Assembly: GCA_964577195.1 (NCBI GenBank)
Contig: CAZNYF010000002.1
Coordinates: 1 to 45,679, forward strand
Origin: an uncultured Thiotrichales bacterium
GTDB lineage: Bacteria; Pseudomonadota; Gammaproteobacteria; UWMA-0217
Length of the DNA stretch: 45,679 bases
Direction: 5' to 3'
The notes under the pieces are model-generated. The model did no database searches, had not been told where the DNA came from, and saw only the letters and a program-made list of their open reading frames with translations. Both the position numbers and the translations under genes were made by a program. Numbering within the stretch: the first letter of the stretch is position 1; every line of letters starts with the position of its first letter. Positions 1-10,644 of this stretch are shown here, one piece after another.

Positions 1-18
1 GCGTTATTAATCAATTTA

Positions 19-300
19 TTGGAAACTAAAATGGATCCTAAAACCTATGAGTCCGTAACGGATAAGAGCCTGTGGAAACGCATACTGTTTATGCTGATCT
101 TGGGGTTTGCTTTTGGCATTGCCAAATTTGTGCTGTTTGCAACTGTTGTGTTACAGGTTTTGTTTACGTTGTTTACCGGGAGTAATAATGAGCCTCTAAA
201 GACGACGGGTAAGACGTTAACGAAATATATTTATGAAATTTTTATGTTTCTGACTTTTAATAGTGAGGAGAAGCCGTTTCCCTTTAAAACCTGGTCGTGA
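19..300 (+). CDS. small membrane protein, DUF4389-like, function unknown
   Basis: 93-aa ORF starting at TTG 19 (first ATG at 31). The hydrophobic stretch ILFMLILGFAFGIAKFVLFATVVLQVLFTLF resembles DUF4389 proteins. Family call is from memory. Confidence 0.5.
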   Translation: METKMDPKTYESVTDKSLWKRILFMLILGFAFGIAKFVLFATVVLQVLFTLFTGSNNEPLKTTGKTLTKYIYEIFMFLTFNSEEKPFPFKTWS

Positions 301-354
301 CATAGCTTTAGGGGTATTAAATAACACTTTCATTTGATTGGTCTGTAGCCTGTT

Positions 355-639
355 CTAGTGATTGACGCTATGAATGACGTGATCGTGCTCAAAGTAGACG
401 CGGTAACCAGGATAGGCCCAGCTTGAAATGGGGGGTTTGCCAATGGTTGCGGTACGTTCGCTCGGGGAGCCAAACTTCTTTTCCACTGCGGCTTTGCTCA
501 TGCCGCGTTTAGGGGCATTGTCTGCAGGAACGACTTTCCCTTGTAAGCTGTTCTGGTCGATTCGCAGGATATCTGCTTGCAGGGGAGACGCTATAGCAAG
601 TGCTGAGAGCAGTATAATGAGCTGTTGTTTTTTCATCAT
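355..639 (-). CDS. small secreted protein of unknown function
   Basis: The N-terminus MMKKQQLIILLSALAIASPLQA looks like a Sec signal peptide. The ORF does not overlap neighbouring genes. I recognise no catalytic motif. Confidence 0.5.
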   Translation of the reverse strand: MMKKQQLIILLSALAIASPLQADILRIDQNSLQGKVVPADNAPKRGMSKAAVEKKFGSPSERTATIGKPPISSWAYPGYRVYFEHDHVIHSVNH

Positions 640-782
640 TGAATCACTATTGCGTCCGAGCGGTCTATTGTGACCTATTTCTGCGATGACAGGAATTCAA
701 ACTATTCCTCAAGACTATGTAAATTAAAACAAACTTCAGTTGAAACGCTTGTTTTAACTGATCAGTATGCTTTAATCCCAGC

Positions 783-2030
783 ATGTTTAAACCGCTTCCG
801 TTATATGTTGGTCTGCGCTACACCCGCGCCAAGCGCCGCACCCATTTTATCTCGTTTATTTCAGTGATCTCAATTGCCGGGATTACGCTAGGCGTTGCTG
901 CGTTGATCATTGTGCTATCTGTCATGAACGGCTTTGAAAAAGAGCTGCGAGACCGCATTTTGGGGATGGCTTCTCATGCTCAGGTTTCAGGTCTGGATGG
1001 TGCTCTGCCGCATTGGGAATCGCTCAAGCAAGAGCTGGAATCCGATTCTCGCGTGAAGGGCAGTGCGCCACAAATTCAGTTTGAAGGGATGGTCAATGTG
1101 GGTGATCAGGTGAGTGGTGCGATTTTTCATGGCGTCTCCCCTCTGGACGAGCGAGAGGTTTCTGACGTGCATGAGCACATGGTCGCCGGGACAATGGATA
1201 CGTTGGTCGATGGTAGCTACAACATTGTGCTGGGTAAGGAGTTGGCGCAATTGTTGGGAGTCGGTATAGGACAAAAAGTCACCGTAATAACACCCCAGGT
1301 ACAGGTCACTCCAGCGGGATTTCTACCACGAATGAGGCGGTTTACGGTCACTGGTGTGTTTTCCGTCGGCATGTATGAATATGACCGGGCGACTGCATTT
1401 GTTCATTTGGGTGATGCTGCGAGGCTAATGCGCAAGGGTAACGATGTCACGGGGTTAAGGTTAAAGTTCGGGGATATGTTCGATGCGCCAAGAATTGCTC
1501 GCGAAATTAATCACGATCTCGGGGCGCTATATTGGGTCTCAGATTGGACTCAGCAGCACCAGAATTTCTTCAAGGCGATCAAGACCGAGCGTATGGTGAT
1601 GTTTGTGATTCTCTCGTTGATTGTCATCGTCGCTGCATTCAATATTGTCTCTACGTTGGTGATGCTGGTGAACGATAAACGCGCAGATATCGCTATTTTG
1701 CGAACCCTGGGGTTTACACCCAAACAGGTGATGGGCGTGTTCATTGTGCAAGGGACGTTAATAGGATTTATCGGAACTTTGCTGGGTGTGGTTGTCGGCT
1801 CGTTGCTGGCGGAAAATGTCAGCGCCATCGTTGGCTGGATAGAGGGTATGTTCAATACTCAGTTCCTCGCAGCAGACGTCTACTACATTAGCGAAGTACC
1901 TTCCGATTTGCGCTGGCGCGATGTTTTGAAAATCAGCTCGGTAGCATTTGCTGCTTCTACCATCATGACCATATATCCCGCCTGGCAGGCTTCACGCACC
2001 CAACCTGCAGAGGCATTACGCTATGAGTAA
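783..2030 (+). CDS. lolC: lipoprotein-releasing ABC transporter permease (LolC/LolE/LolF type)
   Basis: 415 aa. The N-terminus [19 protein letters not shown] is typical of Lol permeases. It has a MacB/FtsX-type topology with a large periplasmic loop, and its end overlaps the lolD start by 8 nt. Confidence 0.85.
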   Translation: MFKPLPLYVGLRYTRAKRRTHFISFISVISIAGITLGVAALIIVLSVMNGFEKELRDRILGMASHAQVSGLDGALPHWESLKQELESDSRVKGSAPQIQFEGMVNVGDQVSGAIFHGVSPLDEREVSDVHEHMVAGTMDTLVDGSYNIVLGKELAQLLGVGIGQKVTVITPQVQVTPAGFLPRMRRFTVTGVFSVGMYEYDRATAFVHLGDAARLMRKGNDVTGLRLKFGDMFDAPRIAREINHDLGALYWVSDWTQQHQNFFKAIKTERMVMFVILSLIVIVAAFNIVSTLVMLVNDKRADIAILRTLGFTPKQVMGVFIVQGTLIGFIGTLLGVVVGSLLAENVSAIVGWIEGMFNTQFLAADVYYISEVPSDLRWRDVLKISSVAFAASTIMTIYPAWQASRTQPAEALRYE

Positions 2031-2721
2031 TCAGGAGCAGCGTGAAATCAAAATACAGGTGAATGGCCTGAGTAAGTCCTTTTCTGAAGGCATTTTACAT
2101 GTTGATGTTTTAAACGATATCGACTTAACCATTCACTCCGGTGAAATGGTTGGGATTATCGGCTCATCCGGTAGTGGTAAAAGCACCCTGCTGCACCAGA
2201 TTGGTGGGCTGGATGTGCCTTCAGTGGGCAGTGTGGCGGTGTGTGGACAGCAACTGTCAGAGCTGTCGGATGCAGAGCGTGGCTTATTAAGAAATCGCAG
2301 CCTCGGTTTTATCTACCAGTTTCACCATCTTCTACCTGAATTTACCGCGCTCGAAAATGTGGCGATGCCTTTACTGATTGGTGGCTTTTCTGTCGCGGAA
2401 GCCTCTGAAAAAGCAGCTTCACTGCTCGACAGGGTCGGCCTTAAGGATCGTGTTGAACATAAGCCTGGTGAATTGTCCGGCGGTGAACGCCAACGTACTG
2501 CTATCGCCAGAGCACTCGCCAATCAGCCAGAAGTTGTGCTCGCTGATGAGCCTACCGGTAATCTCGATTATAAAACCGCAGAACAAATCTACGCATTGAT
2601 GCTGGAACTCAACAAAGAGCTGGATACCGCCTTTGTGATTGTGACCCATGATCGGTCGCTGGCGCGACGAATGGATAAGGTCTATGAATTGGTAGACGGA
2701 AAAATCTCGGTCAGCGAGTAA
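2023..2721 (+). CDS. lolD: lipoprotein-releasing ABC transporter ATP-binding protein
   Basis: Walker [13 protein letters not shown] signature LSGGERQR and Walker [13 protein letters not shown]. Translationally coupled to the Lol permease gene. Confidence 0.9.
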   Translation: MSNQEQREIKIQVNGLSKSFSEGILHVDVLNDIDLTIHSGEMVGIIGSSGSGKSTLLHQIGGLDVPSVGSVAVCGQQLSELSDAERGLLRNRSLGFIYQFHHLLPEFTALENVAMPLLIGGFSVAEASEKAASLLDRVGLKDRVEHKPGELSGGERQRTAIARALANQPEVVLADEPTGNLDYKTAEQIYALMLELNKELDTAFVIVTHDRSLARRMDKVYELVDGKISVSE

Positions 2722-2856
2722 ATCATTGCCCCTGTCTGTACAGTGACTACTGTACCCGTAGGCTCCTCGTCTAATTGCTTACCAAAAGATGAACGATTGT
2801 CCGGTATTGATCCGCACATCTCCTGATATACTCCAGCGCTTGTTTTAGCAGAACCA

Positions 2857-3804
2857 ATGACAGCTATGAGCGACTATGATGTATCTACGTTTCAAGGACT
2901 GATTCATGCTCTCCAGGATTACTGGGGCAAGCAGGGCTGTGTGATTGTGCAGCCTTACGATATGGAGATGGGCGCGGGCACGTTTCACCCTTCCACTTTT
3001 TTACGCTCGATTGGCCCGGAGCCTTGGCGCAGCGCCTATGTGCAGCCTTGTCGACGGCCTACTGATGGGCGCTATGGTGAGAATCCTAATCGGTTGCAGC
3101 ACTACTATCAGTTTCAGGTGGTATTGAAACCTTCTCCGCTCAATATTCAGGACTTGTATCTTGAATCGCTCACGGCAATGGGGCTGGACACGGGCATACA
3201 TGATATTCGCTTTGTCGAAGATAACTGGGAATCGCCAACTTTGGGTGCCTGGGGGCTGGGCTGGGAAGTCTGGTTGAACGGCATGGAGGTTACGCAATTC
3301 ACTTATTTTCAGCAGGTAGGCGGGCTGGAATGTCGCCCTGTTACCGGTGAAATTACTTATGGACTGGAACGCATTGCGATGTATTTGCAAGGCAAGGACA
3401 GCATCTACGATTTGGTCTGGAATGAAGGGCCGCAGGGCGTAGTCACTTATGGTGACGTGTTTCATCAGAATGAGGTTGAGCAATCAGCGTTCAACTTTGA
3501 ACATGCCGATACAGAAGGACTATTCGCCGCGTTTGATCACCAGGAAAAAGAAAGCCAGCGATTAATCGAAGCGGGTTTGTCTCTGCCGGCTTATGAGCAA
3601 ATGTTACGCGGCTCGCATACGTTTAATTTGCTTGATGCACGTCACGCAATTTCGGTGACTGAGCGTCAACGCTATATCTTAAGAATTCGCTCATTATCCA
3701 GAGCCATTGCCCAAGCGTATTACGAATCCCGTGAAAAGTTAGGCTTTCCACTGTTGAATACCGACCAACACGCCACAGATAGCAAGGAGACCGCCAATGG
3801 CTAA
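2857..3804 (+). CDS. glyQ: glycine--tRNA ligase alpha subunit
   Basis: [34 protein letters not shown] and the rest are collinear with bacterial GlyQ. An alternative ATG lies at 2866. The end overlaps the glyS start (ATGGCTAA). Confidence 0.95.
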   Translation: MTAMSDYDVSTFQGLIHALQDYWGKQGCVIVQPYDMEMGAGTFHPSTFLRSIGPEPWRSAYVQPCRRPTDGRYGENPNRLQHYYQFQVVLKPSPLNIQDLYLESLTAMGLDTGIHDIRFVEDNWESPTLGAWGLGWEVWLNGMEVTQFTYFQQVGGLECRPVTGEITYGLERIAMYLQGKDSIYDLVWNEGPQGVVTYGDVFHQNEVEQSAFNFEHADTEGLFAAFDHQEKESQRLIEAGLSLPAYEQMLRGSHTFNLLDARHAISVTERQRYILRIRSLSRAIAQAYYESREKLGFPLLNTDQHATDSKETANG

Positions 3805-5866
3805 TCAAGAAGATTTACTGATTGAAATTGGCACAGAAGAATTACCACCCAAGGCGCTGTCGAAGTTATCCAAGGCATTTTTAGGCGGGGTCATCGCTGG
3901 CTTGAAAGATGCGAATATCGAGCATGGTGCAGTGCAGTCGTTTGCCGCGCCAAGACGCCTGGCGGTTTTGATTGAAGCCGTGGCTCAAAGCCAACCCGAT
4001 CAAACGATCGAGCGACGCGGGCCAGCACTGACGGCGGCCTTTGATGATGACGGGAACCCTACCAAAGCTGCACTGGGCTTTGCTGCCTCCTGCGGTGTTG
4101 ATGTTGATGCGTTAGATCGCATGGAAACCAAAAAAGGCAGTTGGTTGCTGTTTAAGTCAGAACAGCAGGGTGCTGATGCAGTGACTTTGTTCCCGGAGAT
4201 CGTTAGTGCCTCACTGAGTAAATTACCCATCCCCAAGCGTATGCGTTGGGGCGCGGGGGATGCCGAATTTGTTCGGCCGGTTCAGTGGATTGTTTTTCTG
4301 TACGGTAATGACGTCGTTGATTGCGATATTTTGGGTGTTAGCACTGGCAATCACACAATGGGACATCGCTTTCATTGCAACAATCAACTGATGCTGGCTC
4401 AGCCTTCAGAATACGAAGATGTGCTGTTCAACAATGGTCATGTTGTCGCTGATTTTAATAAGCGCCGTGAAATGATTCGTCAGCAAGTACTGGAGCAAGC
4501 GAAAAAACTTGGCGGTGAAGCAGTGATCAACGCCGGTTTGCTGGATGAAGTTACCGGGTTGGTCGAGTGGCCGGTTGCGTTGGCGGGTGAGTTTGAAAAA
4601 GAATTCCTCGGTATTCCTCAGGAAGCGTTGATTACCACCATGCAGGACAACCAGAAGTATTTTCCTGTCGTTGATGGCAGCGGAAATTTACTGCCTCACT
4701 TTATTACAATCGCCAATATTGTCAGCAAAGACCCACAACAGGTTATTAAAGGCAACGAACGTGTGATCCGTCCTCGATTTGCTGATGCCGCATTCTTTTG
4801 GGATGTGGATAGAAAGAACACGCTGGCATCTCGAATTGACTCATTAAAAAGCATCGTCTTCCAGAAAAATCTGGGTACGTTGTATGAGAAAACTCAGCGA
4901 GTAGCCCTGTTGGCAGAGCACATTGCCAGCGAAATTGGTGCAGAACCAGCGCTTGCTAAACGGGCTGCCGAACTATCAAAATGTGATTTGATGACTGACA
5001 TGGTGGGTGAATTCGCCTCTATGCAGGGTATCGCCGGTAAATATTTTGCGCAGCACGATGGCGAGGACGATCAAGTGGCGCTTGCTCTGGAGCAGCAGTA
5101 TCGCCCCAAGCAAGCAGGAGATCTGTTGCCCGAAGACGGGGTTGCGCAGTCACTGGCATTGGCAGATAAAATTGATACGCTGGTGGGTATTTTTGGCATC
5201 GGTCAAAAACCCACCGGCGCAAAAGATCCGTTTGCATTGCGCCGTGCATCGCTAGGTGTGCTGAGAATTATCATCGAAGCCGAGCTGGATCTTGATCTTC
5301 AGCAATTGCTCGATTTCTCTGCCAAATTGCTAGGTGATAAAATCGAAAGTTCAGATACGACTGAATGTTTTAACTATATTCAGGATCGGCTAAAAGCCTA
5401 TTACCTGGATCAATCTGTCGCCGCTGATACCATCGAGGCAGTGATGTCGCAGCGCCCCACGCGACCACTGGATTTTGATCAACGTATTAAAGCGGTCAAC
5501 AGCTTTCGCACTCTGGCAGAAGCAGAAAGCCTCGCAGCAGCGAACAAACGCATCAGCAATATTTTGAAAAAGGTGGAGGGTGAGACTCCTTCCAGAATCA
5601 GCGCTGATCTATTCCAGCTTGATGCAGAGCGGCAGCTCCACCAGCGTGTGGAAGCACTAAAAACAACCGCGAATGCTGCATTTGATCAACGCGACTATCA
5701 GGCCGGGTTAACCGAACTTGCTGCGTTACGTGAACCCGTAGATGCGTTTTTCGATCAGGTGATGGTCATGGACGAAGATTTGGCGTTACGTGAAAACCGA
5801 CTGGCATTGCTGGCCGATTTACGTGGCTTGTTTCTGCGCACAGCAGATTTGTCCCGGCTTCAGTAA
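3797..5866 (+). CDS. glyS: glycine--tRNA ligase beta subunit
   Basis: 689 aa. The N-terminus [15 protein letters not shown] is typical of GlyS, and the gene sits immediately after glyQ. Confidence 0.95.
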   Translation: MANQEDLLIEIGTEELPPKALSKLSKAFLGGVIAGLKDANIEHGAVQSFAAPRRLAVLIEAVAQSQPDQTIERRGPALTAAFDDDGNPTKAALGFAASCGVDVDALDRMETKKGSWLLFKSEQQGADAVTLFPEIVSASLSKLPIPKRMRWGAGDAEFVRPVQWIVFLYGNDVVDCDILGVSTGNHTMGHRFHCNNQLMLAQPSEYEDVLFNNGHVVADFNKRREMIRQQVLEQAKKLGGEAVINAGLLDEVTGLVEWPVALAGEFEKEFLGIPQEALITTMQDNQKYFPVVDGSGNLLPHFITIANIVSKDPQQVIKGNERVIRPRFADAAFFWDVDRKNTLASRIDSLKSIVFQKNLGTLYEKTQRVALLAEHIASEIGAEPALAKRAAELSKCDLMTDMVGEFASMQGIAGKYFAQHDGEDDQVALALEQQYRPKQAGDLLPEDGVAQSLALADKIDTLVGIFGIGQKPTGAKDPFALRRASLGVLRIIIEAELDLDLQQLLDFSAKLLGDKIESSDTTECFNYIQDRLKAYYLDQSVAADTIEAVMSQRPTRPLDFDQRIKAVNSFRTLAEAESLAAANKRISNILKKVEGETPSRISADLFQLDAERQLHQRVEALKTTANAAFDQRDYQAGLTELAALREPVDAFFDQVMVMDEDLALRENRLALLADLRGLFLRTADLSRLQ

Positions 5867-5904
5867 AGCCAGTTATTCAATGGAGCAGGCAGTACTATGG
5901 CTTG

Positions 5905-6138
5905 TTACAAGCCAATAAGCTGTGTATGGAGTCCCTGATTGCTTAAGTTCTGTTGGATATCCCATGAGGATGTCCCCAGAGGGTTGTAATCTACTACCAT
6001 TAAATGACGAGCATTTTCATGCACGCAGGCTGAGTAAATACCATCATTTGATGAGAGTCGTTTTTCGACATCGTGGATTTTTTCATCGTTGAGATCTTCG
6101 TTAATATGGATAACGACATCGCAGCAGCGTTCAGACAT
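5905..6138 (-). CDS. hypothetical small protein (77 aa)
   Basis: I prefer the ATG at 6138 (MSERCCDVV...), which has AGGAG 7 nt upstream, over the ORF-track start at 6180. The alternating beta/alpha-like pattern suggests a small ferredoxin-like fold, but I recognise no family. Confidence 0.5.
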   Translation of the reverse strand: MSERCCDVVIHINEDLNDEKIHDVEKRLSSNDGIYSACVHENARHLMVVDYNPLGTSSWDIQQNLSNQGLHTQLIGL

Positions 6139-6365
6139 AATTAATCTCCTTTGTTCAAATATACTGTGCATCGAATGCACCTACTTAATGCGGTGTCTGT
6201 TTTTTGAGTCGGGCGCATGTTGTACGCCACTATTTACTCACCAAACTGACTACCGTATTGTCTACTGGTCTTGCAGATTGAATATCAAAACTGTCAGACA
6301 TGGCCTTTTTTAGGCTCTTGGGTTGTTAAGCATAGTAAAGATTTTACGTTTTGCCACATATTTAG

Positions 6366-6965
6366 ATGCGAATTAGACAATTAATCTTTCCATTGGTCAT
6401 AGCAGCCGCGATTGTTGGCGCTGCGATGTATCTCATTTTCCCTCAATTTTTGTCTGAGCCGACGTCTGTAGAGCGTGTATTGGCACATCCGGAAGGGGTG
6501 ATTCAAAAATCTATAAAAGCCGTGTCAAGAAGCCAGCCCAATGTCCGATTTGCACCTGGGCGGCAGCAAGATGGGAGCAGGCAGATTGCTTACAAGTGGG
6601 TTGATGAACAGGGTCAGACGCACTATGGCGATCAGCCAAATGTGGTGACAGAGGATGTAGAAGTCAATGCGGTCTATTCAGACCCAATGCTCAATGTGAT
6701 CCGTAGTAGCAACGAGGCGACCCTAAGCGAATCCCGACAAAGGACTTATCGCACTCAACGGCCAAGCAAGCGCTACCATGCTGACGCTAGCCGAAGTGAC
6801 AGTGATAGAATGGATACTGAAAATTCATACCTGTGTCAGCAGGCAGAAAACCGGCTTGATCGAATTAAGTCAAGAATGAGGGCTGGATACAAATTGAAAG
6901 AAGCGGACAGGCTCCATCGAAAGGAACTCACAGCCCGTAAAGACCGGCGGCGATATTGCCGCTAG
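6366..6965 (+). CDS. DUF4124 domain-containing membrane-anchored protein
   Basis: N-terminal hydrophobic anchor. The motif YKWVDEQGQTHYGDQP matches the DUF4124 signature (family call from memory). The C-terminus is basic. Confidence 0.7.
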   Translation: MRIRQLIFPLVIAAAIVGAAMYLIFPQFLSEPTSVERVLAHPEGVIQKSIKAVSRSQPNVRFAPGRQQDGSRQIAYKWVDEQGQTHYGDQPNVVTEDVEVNAVYSDPMLNVIRSSNEATLSESRQRTYRTQRPSKRYHADASRSDSDRMDTENSYLCQQAENRLDRIKSRMRAGYKLKEADRLHRKELTARKDRRRYCR

Positions 6966-6980
6966 TCCTTCGGATTGTGT

Positions 6981-7217
6981 TTACGACTGGGTGCAACGGG
7001 TGCTGTGACAAACAATGATTCTAAACCATTTTGCATGGCGGCAGAGATGGCTTGAGAAAAATGCACAGATGGCTTCATTGACCACACCGGCAATCATAAT
7101 TGCCCAGATTAATTGCTCAACCCAGGCATGTTCTGCCAGATGTTCCACCCCATAGTGAGCGGAAGCAAAAATGCCGACTAATGCAGCAAGAAAGAAACTT
7201 AGTAATATATTCAACAT
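6981..7217 (-). CDS. small two-helix membrane protein, unknown function
   Basis: The ATG at 7217 has GGAGG 8 nt upstream. The ORF-track GTG at 7232 would overlap that RBS. Two hydrophobic helices and a Cys/His-rich tail. Confidence 0.5.
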   Translation of the reverse strand: MLNILLSFFLAALVGIFASAHYGVEHLAEHAWVEQLIWAIMIAGVVNEAICAFFSSHLCRHAKWFRIIVCHSTRCTQS

Positions 7218-7279
7218 GTTAGCTACCTCCACAGATAGATATTGTCTTTTAATATAATAATATAATTAAACTCTAATGT

Positions 7280-7861
7280 ATGGGTTTAATAAATGCAAGA
7301 ATCTGTAGCCCCAGTCAGGTATTCTGGGGAGCTGTTCTCCTATTATCGTGTGCTGTGGAACCTCTAGTGCTAACGCTCTTTCCTAAAAATTCTAGTCAAA
7401 TTGGCGAATCATTGGAGGATATTCTCAGGGAGATCCAGCTGATTGCCGACCCGTGGGAGGCTGCCGGGTTTTTGGTGGGTGCTCAGTTCATGAGGCACAT
7501 TTCATTTGTCGGCTGTATGCCATTTTTACGCGTAGAGCCGGAAGATGGGGAGAAAATATGCTATATAGAATTGCCCGACATCACCGCTGAACCCAAGCTG
7601 TATCTTTCATCTTCCGTTCGATCACCGCGTTGCCCGGATTGTAATCAGGTCGTGAGTGAAGGGGATGCTGAGTTGGAATGCCAAGTCTGCGGCATTCGGT
7701 GGCCACGCCATCAACTATTGTGGGGAGCAAGACTGAGTTGCTGGACGCGCCAAAGAATTAATCTACATCAGATCGAGAAAGGAGATGCTGCGCCTTCTGG
7801 CGAGTTTTTGGAATTACTGGCCAGCAAGACGGGCTTTGCATGGGATTACTGTTATTTGTAA
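7280..7861 (+). CDS. hypothetical protein with C-terminal zinc-ribbon-like CxxC..CxxC
   Basis: 193-aa ORF containing CPDCNQVVSEGDAELECQVCG. The N-terminal 35 aa are hydrophobic. The start is uncertain and I recognise no family. Confidence 0.5.
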   Translation: MGLINARICSPSQVFWGAVLLLSCAVEPLVLTLFPKNSSQIGESLEDILREIQLIADPWEAAGFLVGAQFMRHISFVGCMPFLRVEPEDGEKICYIELPDITAEPKLYLSSSVRSPRCPDCNQVVSEGDAELECQVCGIRWPRHQLLWGARLSCWTRQRINLHQIEKGDAAPSGEFLELLASKTGFAWDYCYL

Positions 7862-7882
7862 TCGTTTGGCTCCGGCAGGCCA

Positions 7883-9589
7883 TTAAACGGCCAGTTTTTC
7901 CTGTAAGAACCGTATTACCTCGTCGATAGGCACTTTGAGCGCTTCCTCGTCGCTCCGGCCTTTGTACTCCAGCATCCCTTCATCCAGGCCACGCTCACTG
8001 AAGACGATGCGATGTGGAATGCCAATCAACTCAAGATCTGCAAACATTAAGCCGGGACGTACTTTGCGGTCATCCAGTAGCACGTTCATACCCGCTGTTT
8101 GTAAAGACTCGTACAATTCGTCCACCGCTTCACGTAAGCGCACAGATTTCTTATAGTTGATCGGTGCCAGGGCAATCGAAAAGGGAGCGATGGAATCTGG
8201 CCAGATAATGCCGGAGTCATCATGATTTTGTTCAATGGCAGCGGCGACCACGCGAGAGACGCCAATGCCGTAACAACCCATCGTCAGGACCGTTGCCTTA
8301 CCGTTTTGGTCGAGTACTTTGATGTCCATTTTATCACTATAGGTCTGGCCGAGCTGAAAAATGTGCCCCACCTCAATGCCACGTAAAATGGAGAGTGTGC
8401 CGTTACCGTCGGGGCTGGGATCGCCTGCAATGACATTGCGCAAATCGGCAGCCTTCGCCGCTGGTAGGTCTCGCTCCCAGTTGACGTTGGTGAAGTGTTG
8501 ACCATCTTCGTTGGCACCACAGACAAAGTCGCTCATGGCGATCACAGCGTGATCCGCAAAAACAGGGATTTCCAAACCGATGGGGCCGATGGAGCCAGGG
8601 CGACAGCCAGCGGTTGCAAGCACTTGTTTTTCGTCGGCTAGTTCCAGAGGTGCGTTGATACCTTGCAGTTTCTCCGCTTTGATCATGTTGAGTTCATGAT
8701 CGCCGCGCAGCAGGAGTGCGATGATGGTGTCATCGTTGCCTTTCAACAGTAGCGTTTTGACGCATTGCTGTGGAGAAACTTCCAGGAACTCACTGACTGC
8801 TTGAATGGATTCTTTTCCCGGTGTTGCAATTTTTTCCAGTGAACCCGTGGCTGCAGGGGCGTTTGCTTGGGGCAGAGTTTCGGCCAGCTCGACGTTGGCG
8901 GCATAATCACTTTGATCAGAGAAGGCGATCGCATCTTCTCCCGCATCCGCCAGTACATGAAACTCGTGTGAGGCGTTGCCACCTATCGAGCCAGTATCGG
9001 CTTTTACGGCGCGATGCTTAAGGCCCAGGCGATCAAAGATCCGAGTATAGGCGGCGTACATAGCATCATACGTCTCATTCAACGAATCTTGAGTGAGATG
9101 AAAGGAGTAAGCATCTTTCATCAAAAATTCCCGTGAACGCATCACACCAAAACGGGGTCTGATTTCATCACGAAATTTGGTTTGAATCTGATAATACGTC
9201 AGGGGAAGTTGCTTATAGCTGTGGATACTACTGCGGGCTACGTCTGAAATAATTTCTTCGTGCGTCGGGCCGTAACAGAATTCGCGTTGATGGCGATCTG
9301 TAAAACGCAGTAGTTCCGGCCCATATTTTTCCCAGCGACCGGATTCCTGCCAAAGCTCGGAAGGTTGTACCGTTGGCATTAAAAGCTCTACCGCACCGGC
9401 ACGATCCATTTCTTCGCGGACGATTTTCTCTACATTGCGTAGTACCTTCAGGCCCAGCGGCATCCAGGTGTATAAACCCGAAGCCAGGCGCTTAATTAAT
9501 CCAGCGCGTAGCATTAGCTGATGACTGATTATTTCTGCATCGGCTGGTGTTTCTTTAAGGGTATTGAGAGGGAATTGAGAAACACGCAT
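7883..9589 (-). CDS. proS: proline--tRNA ligase
   Basis: 568 aa. The N-terminus [30 protein letters not shown] and the class II motifs, including the INS editing domain, are collinear with bacterial ProS. Confidence 0.95.
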   Translation of the reverse strand: MRVSQFPLNTLKETPADAEIISHQLMLRAGLIKRLASGLYTWMPLGLKVLRNVEKIVREEMDRAGAVELLMPTVQPSELWQESGRWEKYGPELLRFTDRHQREFCYGPTHEEIISDVARSSIHSYKQLPLTYYQIQTKFRDEIRPRFGVMRSREFLMKDAYSFHLTQDSLNETYDAMYAAYTRIFDRLGLKHRAVKADTGSIGGNASHEFHVLADAGEDAIAFSDQSDYAANVELAETLPQANAPAATGSLEKIATPGKESIQAVSEFLEVSPQQCVKTLLLKGNDDTIIALLLRGDHELNMIKAEKLQGINAPLELADEKQVLATAGCRPGSIGPIGLEIPVFADHAVIAMSDFVCGANEDGQHFTNVNWERDLPAAKAADLRNVIAGDPSPDGNGTLSILRGIEVGHIFQLGQTYSDKMDIKVLDQNGKATVLTMGCYGIGVSRVVAAAIEQNHDDSGIIWPDSIAPFSIALAPINYKKSVRLREAVDELYESLQTAGMNVLLDDRKVRPGLMFADLELIGIPHRIVFSERGLDEGMLEYKGRSDEEALKVPIDEVIRFLQEKLAV

Positions 9590-9665
9590 CAGTAGTCACT
9601 CCAGAGGGAGAAAGGAAAGCGGGGATTTTAGCGAATTAGCGGGATGTGCGAAAGCGAAGTTTGGC

Positions 9666-10004
9666 TTAAAAAGTCCCGCCATTCCAGCCCCACATATGTC
9701 TTTGGGGGCTGGAGAACTCTATGTAGATACGATCTTTAGCAATATTAAATTGAGAGGCGACAAGTTTACACAGAGTTGCAGAATAATCAGCCGTCTGGTC
9801 TTGAGCCAGTCCGAGGCTTTTGAGCTGTACATAGGCCGCGGGTGCATCGGATCCTGCGAAAAGGAGTTTTTGCTCAGTGCAAAGTCTCACCATGACATAT
9901 TGTTCTGGCTTGCCAAGCATTTGTGCTACGGCTTTAGAGAGCGTTGCGGCGACCGAGGTGCTATCGCTTGCGGGAGTATTGGTGTCTATAGAAAGTAGCG
10001 GCAT
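9666..10004 (-). CDS. MIF/tautomerase-superfamily protein (Pro-1 type)
   Basis: With the ATG at 10004 the protein begins MPLLSIDTN (catalytic Pro after Met removal). It is 112 aa and MIF-like throughout. The ORF-track start at 10112 would overlap the upstream gene. Confidence 0.7.
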   Translation of the reverse strand: MPLLSIDTNTPASDSTSVAATLSKAVAQMLGKPEQYVMVRLCTEQKLLFAGSDAPAAYVQLKSLGLAQDQTADYSATLCKLVASQFNIAKDRIYIEFSSPQRHMWGWNGGTF

Positions 10005-10008
10005 CGGT

Positions 10009-10464
10009 TTATTTGCACAGATCGCCGGTCTGTTTGGTGAGCCTCTGGATGCGCTTGTTTCGTTCGTCTTGAGAAAGAACGACATATTCGCCATCAACTT
10101 TCTCTCGAACATGGTTGTTGTTTTCCAGCACCATCAAGTTGTGTTTGGCGTCGATACAGCTTTCTTTACGGCGTTGAGCTAGTTGTGCCAAGCGTTGTTT
10201 TTCTAGTTTATTTTCTTTCAGGGTCGCTTCTTCCTTGCCGACAGATTTTCCTTGCGTTGCGGTCTTATCGGTCTTGGGTGGATTGATTGCAACATTGATT
10301 TCTTGAGATTTCAAATGTGTGGGTGGCACCTGTGAGTAATGTATCTGACCTGCCTGATCAACCCATTTATAGGGTGCTGCGGCAGCGCCAGTGGCGAACA
10401 ATATCATGCTGGCGAAGAGGGTGGGGAGAATCAGTTTTTGCAGAATAGCCGTCGTGACGTTCAT
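10009..10464 (-). CDS. DUF4124 domain-containing secreted protein
   Basis: Signal peptide, then PYKWVDQAGQIHYSQVPP (DUF4124 motif). This is the second paralog in the window. It ends 4 nt before the MIF-like gene. Confidence 0.7.
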   Translation of the reverse strand: MNVTTAILQKLILPTLFASMILFATGAAAAPYKWVDQAGQIHYSQVPPTHLKSQEINVAINPPKTDKTATQGKSVGKEEATLKENKLEKQRLAQLAQRRKESCIDAKHNLMVLENNNHVREKVDGEYVVLSQDERNKRIQRLTKQTGDLCK

Positions 10465-10546
10465 GGCGGTGACTATACTCCTTAAAGAGGCGCGGATTTA
10501 GATCCACTTTAGCAAATACCTCTGGCGATGTCTGTGACGGAATGCT

Positions 10547-10584
10547 TTCACATTTAGAAACACTATATTAGTATTAACTAATAT
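10547..10584 (+). promoter_or_regulatory. predicted sigma70 promoter with overlapping 20-bp palindromic operator
   Basis: -35 TTCACA (10547..10552), 16-nt spacer, -10 TAGTAT (10569..10574). The palindrome ATATTAGTATTAACTAATAT (10565..10584) has arms ATATTAG/CTAATAT with an N6 spacer. It lies about 60 nt upstream of the RND adaptor start. Confidence 0.45.
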
Positions 10585-10644
10585 AGTTTGTTAGAATTAA
10601 TATTGTTAGCAGTCTAACTGTGTCCATTTACTAGGAATAAGGCA

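Noticed and set aside
2739-2756. GTACAGT-GACT-ACTGTAC hairpin after lolD
   Set aside because: The short 7-bp AT-mixed stem has no T-tract, and it could equally occur by chance. I did not call it a terminator.
3001-3483. 160-aa ORF antisense to glyQ
   Set aside because: It lies entirely inside a highly conserved tRNA-ligase gene on the opposite strand. It has no RBS and a low-complexity, Arg/Pro/Ile-rich translation, which is typical of a shadow ORF.
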